Shown in pieces: positions 1-11,675 of a stretch of 64,000 nucleotides of DNA (positions within the stretch are counted from its first letter, which is position 1; each line of letters opens with the position of its first letter). The stretch is from Octopus bimaculoides (Eukaryota): the NCBI RefSeq assembly GCF_001194135.2, contig NC_068991.1, positions 35,360,658 through 35,424,657 of the forward strand, read 5' to 3'. Made by a program: the position numbers and the translations under genes. The notes beneath the pieces were generated by a model. That model made no database searches, had not been told where the DNA came from, and worked only from the letters and a program-made list of their open reading frames with translations.

Positions 1-304
1 ATCATCACATTGTCTCTCTACTACCTCTGTCAAATGAATCACCAAAATTGGCCTTTCATTATTTATAATCTGTACCTGTTTGTTTGGTTACGAAATAAAA
101 TACACAAAACGTGTTTCTGAATTACGTGTATTTACTTTATATAGATATGAGTTGAAAACTTTCTTCTAGCATTCCACTTAATGTCTATGTTCCATGCTGG
201 CATGGATTGGAGAGTTATTAAGGTAGAAATATGGTATCGTAGCTACTAACAGTTGAGGGTTGCGTAGTCTAGACGGCGTTTTTAGATTTCATTATTCTCT
301 TTAA

Positions 305-332
305 CCCGGGCAAAGCCGAGTATTTCTGCTAG
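305..332 (+). mobile_element. Probable Helitron 3' terminus (GC hairpin + CTAG)
   Basis: CCCGGGCAAAGCCGAG followed by TATTTCTGCTAG|T, matching Helitron 3'-end geometry. Confidence 0.45.
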
Positions 333-1476
333 TTTTCTAATAAAGAAATAACATTCTTAAAAGTGTCACTCCTATATATCTCATTAAACCATACAATATG
401 TATTATGAGTAGGAGAGAGAGTTTGTTGTAATGCATTCAAATTTTTTTTGATAATTTTTGCAATTTTAAAAAGATTGCTGACTGCATTATCTAAGATTTG
501 TCTTATATTAAGCTGAACAGTAATTTACTATTCTTCAAACCAATTAAAGAGTTTCAAATACTACATAGTAGATAGACAAAAACAAAAAAAAAACCAATAG
601 ATTTATCAGTACTTTATTCCATTCTGTTTTTAGAGAAGGGAAAAAAATCGCAAAATAGCATAATTAGCTTTTTATCATGTAGTCTCAAAAGGAGGCAAAT
701 TGACAGAAATAGAAGCACTTACCTAAATGCTTACAACATTTAGCCATGTGTCTCTATTCAAATTCCGAATTTCATCTCTTAAGTATATTGTGGTTGATCC
801 AGTTAGACATTTGCCCTCATCAAATTTATCTTCATTGTAATCATTTAGCACAGTGGTGCAAATGGACACTGAAGGATCGTGAAAATGGGTGGCTTGAGAC
901 AGTTAAACATTTTGAGACATTCAATTTTTTGCATGCTAACATCCTTTTTTTGTCATTGATCTCAAAAACCCACATCATTCCTACACGCTCATTTGCTAAT
1001 CACACTTGTAGTACAGTAAGTGTGATTGGCCAATGGAAAATATGTTGGTATAATGGTTGATCGTGCATGTGCTGTCGCTATTCTATGCTTGCATGATTCA
1101 CCACTCCACTATTGCAATCCACACATTTGCATTCTCTTGCCATCGTTATCCTCACTTGTGCATGTTCCCACATGACCTTGCCCTTTACCAGACAACCATT
1201 CTCATCCTGCATGGTTTCTTTCATGGCAATGTTTTCTGACAGAACTGTCTTCTCAACGATTATCAATTCACAGAGGTTTATCTACAGACAAAACAACACT
1301 CACATACACTTAGGTTTTCTTCCACAATTAATAGTGAGAGGTAAGTTTTATTGCTAATTAGTACATCCAAAAGCTGGCTACAATAATGCATTTATGCTCA
1401 CCCATAGTATATGATAAATGTAAAATAAATATACACTGTAATTAAATTGGTTTGCTGAATTTTATCTTTTTTTACA

Positions 1477-2770
1477 ATGCCTCCTAAGAAAAAAATTTTA
1501 CAGTTGTACTGTGATAAAGCATGATGGAGAAGAGAAGCCACAGTGTTATTTTGTGCTCCAAGGTTTTAGTGTCTACTTCACTAAAGCCCAGCAAATTAAT
1601 GAGGCACTTCGAAACAAAGTATCCCAGTTCAATAAATAGAGATGTCAACTTCTTCAGATGCAAAGCTGACAGATTGATGAAATTCAGACTTGATCACACA
1701 GGAATGTTTTTGCTGGACATTACAGCTGGTTTGAAAGCATTGTCGAGGTTTCAAGGAAAATAGCTGTTGCCAAAAGCCCCACAATATTGGCGAAGCCTTA
1801 CTGCAAAGATATATCGAATGTGCTAGGAACTTTAGAAGCTGAAGCATGTCTCTCTCTCAAACAAGACTGTTAGCAAGTGAATAACTGAGCTGTCTGATAA
1901 CATTCTGTCACAAGTGGTTTTGGAGATTTGCAATTCGTGTTTCAACTTTTTCGTGATCCAGCTTGATGAAATGACAGATGTTGCCAACTTAGCATCTATG
2001 TATGTTATGTACATAATCATTCTAGAATTCCTGTTTTGCAAAACCCTCAACACCAAAAACAACCACAAAGTTTTTGAGGCACATGATATCAACTGGAAGC
2101 ATGTCATTGGCATGTACACTGATGGTGCTCTGGTGATCTTTGGTTGCTGTTCTGGTTTTTAGATTTTGGTGAAAGAAAAGTCCCCATGTGCTATTGGTAT
2201 ACACTGTACAATTCATCAACAAGCATTAATGGTGAAAACCATGCCTGATGAGTTAAAAAAATGTTCTGAATTACATGATTACAGTGATGAACTTCATCAA
2301 AGCAAATGCACTCAACTCCCGTGTGTAAAGAAAGTGATTCTGAATTTGAAAAGCTTGTTGCACTCACAAGTGAGATGGCTTCTGAGAGGAAAAACTATAA
2401 AGAGGGTCTTCCTTCTACAAAAAAAGAAAATCCACAATTTTTGACAAGATGCCAAGCCAGATTTGCATGCCAAATTCAATGTTCGTTTTCTGATCTACTT
2501 GGCATTTTTGGTGGACATATTTGGGTCAGTGAATGCCATCAATCTTTCACTGCAAGGGAAAAATATAACCATGCTTCATTCTCATGAAAAACTGCTTTCA
2601 AAAAGAAGCTTCAACTTTGGCATCCAAAGTTGGATAGAAATAACTTTGCATCATTTCCTCAACTACATATGTTTATTGATGAAAATGAGCTTCAAGTCGG
2701 TGATGATAACATTGAACTCATGAAGCAACATGTGTCAATACTTGGCAGAGAAATATTCTCTTTATTTTCC
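1477..2770 (+). mobile_element. Degenerate hAT transposase (Buster/Charlie/ZBED5-8-like)
   Basis: Frameshifted motifs: LKPSKLMRHFETKY, IQLDEMTDVANLA, YTDGA, HCTIHQQAL, HSQVRWLLRG, LAFLVDIF...INLSLQG. Confidence 0.85.
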
Positions 2771-2784
2771 TGAAAAAATCCTTT

Positions 2785-3210
2785 CTACTACGGACACAAG
2801 GCCTGAAATTTGGTGGGGAGGTTTAGTGAAGTATACTGATCTCAGTATTTAACTGGTATTTATTTCATCCTGAAAGATGAAAGGCAGTCAACCTCAATGG
2901 AATTTGAACTCAGAATGTAAAGACAGATGAAATATTACTAAGCATTTTGTCCAGCGTGGTACTGGTTCTACCAGCTTGCCACCTTATATAAAGAAATAAT
3001 ATTAAGTATAACAGTTTGCTGGCAGACTTGTTAGCATGCTGACCAGAATACTTAGAGGCATTTCATGTGTCATTATGTACCGAGTACAAATTCTGCCAAG
3101 GCTGACTTTGCCTTTCATCCTTTCAGTAACAGTTGTGCAATGAGGCTCATGTAATCGACTTTCCCATCCCTACGAAATTCCTGGCCTTGGAACAAAATCT
3201 GAAACCAATA
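2785..3210. mobile_element. Two opposed copies of tRNA-derived SINE family B (others ~26375-26595(-), 29440-29640, 29655-29855, 29975-30175, 30330-30495(-), 51290-51500)
   Basis: Shared GAGTTCAAAT...GTCGACTTTGCCTTTCATCCTTTC...GATAAAATAAGTAC...GGCCTTGTGCC block. Confidence 0.75.
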
Positions 3211-3595
3211 TTTAGTTTAACATTTATAATCCTTTTTAAAAATAGTAGACCGAAATACTAAAAAAAAATTTCAATCTAATATTATATAGTTTTGGTTTAT
3301 TACAATATTTATTTTGCAGACAGCTATCAAAAGGTTTCTAAAGAGAAATTCATTCAGTTTGATAAACTTGAGATATTTATAGCAAATATCGTAACAGAGT
3401 TACCCTTCGTGGCAGCAGCTGCAGAGCAGTGATTGGCTGCAGACTTTGTTGTTTTGACCAATTAAAATCTCATCTAGAATCAATGTGAGTTGTCTTTCAT
3501 AACCGGTGTATTTCACCAGTTAGAAATTTACTTGGATTGTTTTGGTATTTTTAAAACAATTTATATAATAATAACAATATCATCCTAAATACAAC

Positions 3596-3651
3596 ATGAA
3601 GGGTCGATTTAGCACCATTGATGTAAATGTTGTTGTTAAAGACCTTCAAAA
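3596..3651 (+). CDS. NEMF: NEMF coding exon 1 ([19 protein letters not shown])
   Basis: ATG 3596; donor GTAAGT at 3652; phase 2. Confidence 0.93.
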
Positions 3652-6600
3652 GTAAGTTTTTCTTGTTTATTAATTTCTGCTGGTGAATAGTGATTGATCA
3701 GTATTGACATCTGACGAGCACATCTGTTATTCTCTGTTGTAAATAAGAACAATATCACACATGATGAGATTAATTGTCCGATTAATTAATTACGGCAAAA
3801 ATAATCGTAACTGAGTTACGATTATTTTTGCCGTAATTAATTAATCGGGCAGTTTTTCCTTAGAGTGCACCAGGAACACATCGAATGTGTCGATTTTCTG
3901 AACGGTTGATGTGATTTGATTGCTATTTCTAGCAAGCTTGATGACTCTTATAGACACACTCTGATTAGTATGGTGACAATTTCTGATATAATTCTATGTA
4001 ATTTTGTTCATATTTCTGTATATTTTAGACATAGTTGTCGCAATTGGTCGCAACCACGAGGTTCTGTGCGGAACGTTGGGCAATTGTCTTCTATAAGCTC
4101 AAGTTGATCACTGTGTGAGGGTGATGTAATTACAGTATCGCTTTTTAGAGCAGTATAAAGGAGGCACACACACGTGTATGTGTGTGTATGCATATATATA
4201 TGAATGTGTGTGTATACACACATACACCGTATTTACTCGTGTATAAGTCGCACACTAATTTAGTGTTAAACCTTGGTACAAATGTTTTCCTTTCATAGTT
4301 TTAGCTTTACTCTCGAGTATAAGTTACAGCCTAGTTTTTCAGTTAAAATCCGATATAAATACAGCGACTTGTATGACGTGCAGAGTTACAACACAATTTC
4401 AATGAAATGGGGAATGTATAAAAACATGGCTTTTTCATGAAATATCGAAACGAAAAAGAAATATTGTCGTACAACAGGAGCTACGATAGTTGTAAACATG
4501 GGAAGTCGCCAATCTGGCGGAATTCTGGTTTAGACACCCCATATAATCCCTCATAACTTATTTATTTTTGAAAACGGGAATTCATACAATTATAAAAAAA
4601 AAAAAAAATTCTGTGTAATTTAGGCGCAGGAGTGGCTGTGTGGTGAGTAGCTTGCTTACCAACCACATGGTTCTGGGTTCAGTCCCACTGCGTGGCAGTT
4701 TGGGCAAGTGTCTTCAAAGCCTTGTGAGTGGATTTGGTAGACGGAAATTGAAAGAAGCCCGTCGTATATATGTATATATATATATGTGTTTGTGTGTCTG
4801 TGTTCGCCCCCCCCCCCACACAACATCGTTTGACAACCGATGCTGGTGTGTTTAAGTCCCCGTAACTTAGCGGTTCGGCAAAAAGAGACCAATATTATAA
4901 GTACTAGGCTTACAAAGAATAAGTCCTGGGGTCGATTTGCTCGATTAAGGGCGGTGCTCCAGCATGGCCGCAGTCAAATGACTGAAACAAGTAAAAGAGT
5001 AAGGGTATTTAAGGGCGGATTTAGCTGTTATTTTTAGCACAACTCACGACCACTCGATACCTTCTTTGTTTCATTGTCCACTCTGATGTGTATTGATGCT
5101 TTTCAATATTTTTCATCTCATAAACACATTTAATAGAATGATGTGTCCAGGGGTTTTCAGATATTTCAGAAAATTTTTGCGAATTTCTGTTGTACACGGG
5201 AATTCATACCATTATGAAAAAAATTTCTATTTTAATTTTTCTTTAAGGCCTCCACCCCATAAATCCTTAATGTTCCACTCTTTTTTGAATTTTTAAAAAA
5301 ATCAGAGTTTAAAATACGGACAGTATTTTTTGCTTAAATCCCAGCAATAGACGACTCTTGGGTGCATCATCATTCCATTAAATGTGCTTCGGCCACACGA
5401 ATTTGAGCATGTAAAATAACAAGGCAGGTGCCATTGCACAAATCTATCAGAGGCTGAATTTTATTTCCAGTTGTCTTATGAAAAAATTGCCAGTTCAAAG
5501 GAAATGGAAGAGATGAAAGTAGAAGGATAAGTATCTGCATTAGAAGTATTCGAAGAGAGAATATCAGTAATACCATGTGAAGTTACCATTTTAAAACACA
5601 AATTAGTTGGAACCACACATATGAAAGGATATGAAAAGAACTGCAATGAACTCAGGAAGGTTCTGGATAAAATTTGCTTTGGAATCATTCATTTGAGAGA
5701 AGAAACTTTCCTCAATGTTGAAAGTTAGTTTAGACTGTTATTTTGCACAGACGAAAGATATGCCTAAGCTGTTAATAGTCATGCTAACAACCTTACAATG
5801 TCATAGCTTCAACAGGTAGGAGTTGTGGTGGTAAAATTAATGAGCAGCGATGTCTGCCCCGTCTGATCTTCCCTCATTGATGTAGAGGCAGTGAGTTTTC
5901 ATGAGATTGATGAGTTGCACCTGTTGTTGCAGTTTTTGCTGGCTTTTTCCTGAGTTGAATATCACCAAATGTCCCTAGGTGAAGATGTATGTTTGGGTGT
6001 TGCCATTTTTGTGACTTTACTGGCCTGTTTTTGAGTCAAGGGTCACCAATGTTGCTGGTGAAGATGATCATCCTATTTCAGTAATGTTACTGGAGGGCTT
6101 GTCACTCAAGTTATGCTGGTCAATGAAGATACTTATCTATAAAGTTCAATCACTGCCTATGGGCATAGCTGAGTTCAATCCCAGGCAAGTCACTATGGTG
6201 AACCACAAGGCACCTGAAGAAGGCTGCAGCATACAACTGCTGAAACACAGTGAAAGCAACAATCAAGATGAGGATACCAGTCTGACAGTAAACAGTGTAC
6301 GTAATATAAATTCATCATCTTTATTTAACATCTGCTGTCCATGCTGGCATGAATTAGACCATTTGACTGGAGCTCACGAGCTGGAGAGCTGCACCAGGTT
6401 CCAGTCTAATTTGGCATGGTTTCTAGAGCTGGATGCCCTTCCTAATGCCAAGGCGTATAATAGGTGCTGTTATGTGCCACTGGCATGGATGCCATTTACA
6501 TGACACCAGCAACAAGTATAACTACAATTCATGAGTGCTATTTACATGGCACTAGCAATGACCACAACTACGATTCATGGGTGCCATTTACATGGCATCG

Positions 6601-8666
6601 GCAATGACCATGATGATTCATGGGTGCTATTTACATGGTACTGTCAATGAGCATGTTCACAGGTGCCATTTACATGGCTCTGCCAATGACCACAATTCCT
6701 GGGTGCCATTTATATGGCACTGTCAACTATGTTGCACAGGTTCCATTTACATGGTACCATCAATGACCACAACTGCGATTCACAGGTGCCATTTACATGA
6801 CACCAGCAGTGACTATGAATATGATGCACGGGTGCCATTTACATGACACCGGCACTGCTGCAACTATGATTTCACTTGACCTGATGAGTCTTCTAATGCA
6901 CACCATATTGGCAGAGGTCTCAGTCACTTGTCATAACCTCTGTGAGGCCTAACGTTCAAAGATCATGCTTCACCATCATTTTCATAATTTTTATGATCAT
7001 TATTATTATTCAAGTTGCTATCATTATGAATATTATCATCATCATCATCATCTATTATTATTATTTATTATTATTATTAGTAGTATTATTTAGAATAAAA
7101 GTGGTATTCATCTTATTTCTATTTTTAGTATAATGATTATTAATGTTATTTATTTTTTTATAGTTTAAGAAAAATATAATGTCACTTAAGTTAGATGTTG
7201 CAGAATAAGAGAATTTTATTATGTGTCTTTTGAATATTTTATGGTATTATTAGGAGGAAAATGTTTCTTTAATGCTTGAAAGATTAAAGAAGGCAATTTA
7301 GTAGATACATGAATGCCAATGGGAGCTTTATACCATATAATTTTCCTATTGAATCATTTACTAGATTTGTAATTATTTTCATTTTTTATAATTGTACTTG
7401 GTTTCACTGTTATAATTTTTAAAAGATAATATATGTTGAATTTTATTGTCAAATTTATTAATATTAGCAATTATTGCTGTTATTATGGCAACAAATCTTT
7501 TATTGTATTATTGTTAATTTTATTCTCATCATCATTATTATTCCTACTATCATCAAGGTTCCTAGACACTTTGGAAGACGTCCATAGGGCTGTCATGAAG
7601 TGGATGGAACACTACAAGTGCATTGAAGTTAGTGGATTCCACTTTGAAGGAGATTAGAATTTAGTATTTCTATGAAGTAAATAAATGTCTCTCCTGAGAA
7701 TGTTTGAAAACTTCAGAAATGGACCTTGTCTATATATTTGGCAATGACAAATGACTGAGACCTTCAGCAATATGCCATGCTTGAGTTGAAGACCCATGAA
7801 GTGAAATCGTAGTCGTGGCAGATACTGGTGTCACACAACTGGCACCTGTGCCGGCAGCATGTAAAAGCACCCATTACACTCTCAGAGTGGTTGGCATTAG
7901 GAAGGGCATCCAGCCATAGAAACCATGCCAAATCAGATTGGAGTCTGGTGCAGCCCCTCAGCTTACCAGTCCTGGTCAAACTATTCAACCCATGCCAGCA
8001 TGGACAATGAATGTTAAATGATGATAATGATATATATATAGTGAAAGGCAGACCGTATGATGCCTGTGTGCAAACAGCTACGCTACATGGCAGTGAAACA
8101 TGGGCTGTGACCGCTGAGAACATGTGTTGGCTTGAAAGAAATGAAGCTAGCATGCTTCACTATGTGTGCATGTACGACAAAGTATAAGCATCTTGAGAGA
8201 AAAGTTGGGCATAAGAGGCATCAGATGTAGTGTGCAAGAGAGATGATTGTGTTGGTATGGTCATGTGATGCATATGGACGAAGACAGCTGTGTAAAGATG
8301 TGCTGATCTCTTATTGTGGAGGGGACCTGTGAAAGGGGTACACCTAGGAAGACATGGGATGAGGTGGTGAAGCATGATCTTTGAATGTTAGGTCTTATGG
8401 AGGCAATGACTAGTGACTGAGACTTTTGGCGATATACTGTGCTTGAGAAGACCAGTCAAGCCAAGTGAAATCAAAGTTGTGGCTGATGCCGGTGGCATGT
8501 AAAAAGCACCTTTCAAATATTGGGCCTCACAGAAGGAAGGGCATCCAACTGTAGAAACCATGCCAAATCATACTGGTGTCTGTGCAGCTCCTCAGCTTGC
8601 CAGCCCTGGTCAAACTGTCCAACCCATGCCAGCATGGACAAGACAATGGACATTAAATGATGATGA

Positions 8667-8706
<40 letters not shown>

Positions 8707-10100
8707 ATATACAGTGGGGGGAAATAAATATTCGTACGTGTCAAAATTCTTTATTTATTTAATTTCTAATGAATATAAATGGGCTATACCAATACTATAT
8801 TTGCATACACATACATAAACTAAGAATAAGCAAAAGAAACTAATAAATTATAGTAACTAATGAATTTATATACAAATATAAATATTTATGGGTGAAAAAA
8901 GTATTCGTACAGAACATAAATAACTGATAATTCTGATTTAATACTTCGTATATAACCATTATTTTGTTCCACTTCAACCAACCTCTTCTTGTAGTTCTTA
9001 ATCAATGACTCGCGTGTTTCTTTAGGAATTTTTTCCCATTATTCTTGACAAATTTTCTTCAAATCTGGAATGCACATTGGGGCTCTTGAATGAGTTTTAA
9101 TTTTCAAATGACGCCACAAATTTTCAATGGGGTTGGCCATTCTAATAATTTTATATTGTGATTGACAATCCATTTTTGGTAGACTTCGCCGTGTGCTTAG
9201 GGTTGTTATCCTGTTGTAAAACCCACCCTTTACAAAGCTGGAGCTTTTCTACAGAGTCCCATAAATTGTTGTTCAAAATATTTTGGTACATCTCTGCATT
9301 CATTCTACCATCTATCACATGTAAATTGCCAGTGCCATTTGCAGAGAAACACCCCTACACAATGATGTTGCCACCTCCAAACTTTACAGTAGAAGATATA
9401 GTAGAAAATGGAATACAAAGGGTCTCTGATATTTTCCTGTAACTTTTACCTGCTTTCCACCGTTCAATAATTAAGTTTTTCACTGAATCTGTAAGTTCTT
9501 TACTTTTCGCCATTATTACGACACTACTTTATGTTGTCTCAGTGCTGAATGAAGAAGCTAGCATTTTGACATTTAAAAATGACCACTGACAAGATTATTG
9601 AAACAAACGAGAAAGTTCTAGTAAAAAAAAAATTATTTTAGCAATATTTTGTGGCATAGAAACTCATAAATTTATTCTGTACGAATACTTTTTTCACCCC
9701 TAAATATTTATAATTGTATATAAATTCATTAGTTACTATAATTTATTAGTTTCTTTTGCATATTCTTAGTTTATGCATGTGTATGCAAATATAGTATTGG
9801 TATATCCCATTTATGTTCATTAGAAATTATATAAATAAAGAATTTTGACACGTACGAATATCTATTTCCCCCCACTGTATATATCAAAGAAAATAAGATG
9901 ATGAAGGAATAAATGATTATCTTATAGTTGTTTCTGCTATAAGATGCAGTGGATTCATATATGCATAAATGTTATTCTTTTTATTCTTGCTATTCTGTTA
10001 AACTGCACTTCATATTCAAGGCTCTGATGAAGCTATAAGGTGTTATTCAAGCACTCAGTTAAGTTCCACACTAGGTTATTAGTCTTGCAATGCTTAAGTG

Positions 10101-10133
<33 letters not shown>

Positions 10134-11633
10134 TTATCACAACTGTCTGATGAGTGAGTAACAGTTTGCGAAGATTTTTTTCAGCTTTAATAAAATAGCA
10201 TATATGTGTGTGTGTATTTGTGTGCATTTATAATTGTATATATTTTTATATATATGTGCAAGTGCATGTGTGGCTGTGTGATAAGAAGCTTGCTTCCCAA
10301 CCTAATGGTTCTGGGTTCAGGCCCATCTCGTGGCACCTGAGGCAAATGTCTTCTACTATACCCTTGGGTCGACCAAAGCCTTGTGAGTGGATTTTGTAGA
10401 AAGAAGTTTGTCGTGTGTGTGTATATATATGTGTGTGTGTGTGACTTTGTGTTTGTTCCCACTACTGCTTGACAACTGATGTTGGTGTTTTTATTGGTAA
10501 CTTAGTGGTTTGCAGAAAGTAATCAATAGAATAAGTACCAGGCTTAAAAAGAAAAAAATAATTACTGGTGTCGATTCATTTGACTTAAAATTCTTCAAGG
10601 TGGTGCCCCAGCATGACAGCAGTCTAATGACAGAAACAAATAAAAAATATGATAAGTATCCAACAAGAACAATATTACTTTATGAAATATTTTTGGCAAG
10701 GCTCCTCCAAAACAGCTTTGTGACTAAAAAAATTGGTCAATGGTATGTCAGAATTAATATTTTTGATTGTAAATGCAATCAACTGGGATAGTCTTCACTC
10801 TTACAATTAGCCAACCATTATTTATTCTCTGCAGAAAATGAACTTCAAGAGAAAACTGTAAAAGAGAGCAGTATCTATCATTCATCTTTTCTGCTAGAAT
10901 TTCTGTTGTCCATTCCCTCATTACCACAGAATAGAACTGTTGAATGCAAGCTTTACAAAGTACCACTTCAATTCTATCAATTATAATCATAGAACAATTT
11001 GATAAACTGTTATGCATACTAATAATGATATTCACAAATGGCAAGTTTCACAATCTATATGTTATTTATTTAAAAATGAAAAAGCTTTTAAAGCCTAAAG
11101 TATATTTGGGCAGGCAGCAAAATAATGGTTGATGGTCAAAATTATTTTAATCAGAAAGGAACTGATCTTCTACCTCACTGTCTATTGAACAACATGCTAT
11201 TAAAATTGTGTCAGGCCTCACAATCACTGATGTATTTTCTCCTGGAAATCTTAGATTCATAATATTGCAAAACTACATTCCAAAGATGAATTTTCCTCTT
11301 CAGAGGAAATATTTCATCCCTTCCCAGCCACATGGTTTTGGGTTCAGTCCCACTGTGTGACACCTTGAATGTCTCAGGCCAACCAAAGCTTGTGAGTGAA
11401 TTTGGTAGATGGAAACTGAAAGAAGACCATCATATATATATATATTTCATTTTTGTATTTGATTTGCAAGATTCCTTATGTGAGTTCGTGTGTTGAAGCA
11501 TATTCTGTTGTGTCTGGGGAGAGTCATTCTCTTTTAGTGCCTTATAATTTAACACACTCATCGGTAAAATTTCCACTTATTTCTTTTTTATTTTTCTAAA
11601 ATTTTCCTTGTGTCTTGCAACCCAGACACAACA

Positions 11634-11675
<42 letters not shown>

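Larger units (their letters stand above)
3370..4120 (+). promoter_or_regulatory. Putative NEMF promoter / first exon region, CpG-retaining
   Basis: Visibly more CpGs than bulk intron sequence; ATTGG (reverse CCAAT) near 3433; surrounds the start codon. TSS not determinable. Confidence 0.4.

Noticed and set aside
746-1357. ORFs upstream of the hAT relic; faint GIY-YIG-like H...NH...W pattern on the minus strand
   Set aside because: Multiple stops, no GIY/YIG motifs, no convincing alignment.
3485-3518. Possible 5'UTR intron (GTGAGT...CACCAG)
   Set aside because: Only ~34 nt with no clear polypyrimidine tract; needs transcript data.
4631-4690. tRNA gene-like A/B boxes
   Set aside because: SINE heads; no cloverleaf or anticodon arm.
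6881-6890. CTGATGAG as a hammerhead core
   Set aside because: Lies at the RTE ORF-end/3'UTR junction on the reverse strand; no stem II or GAAA follows.
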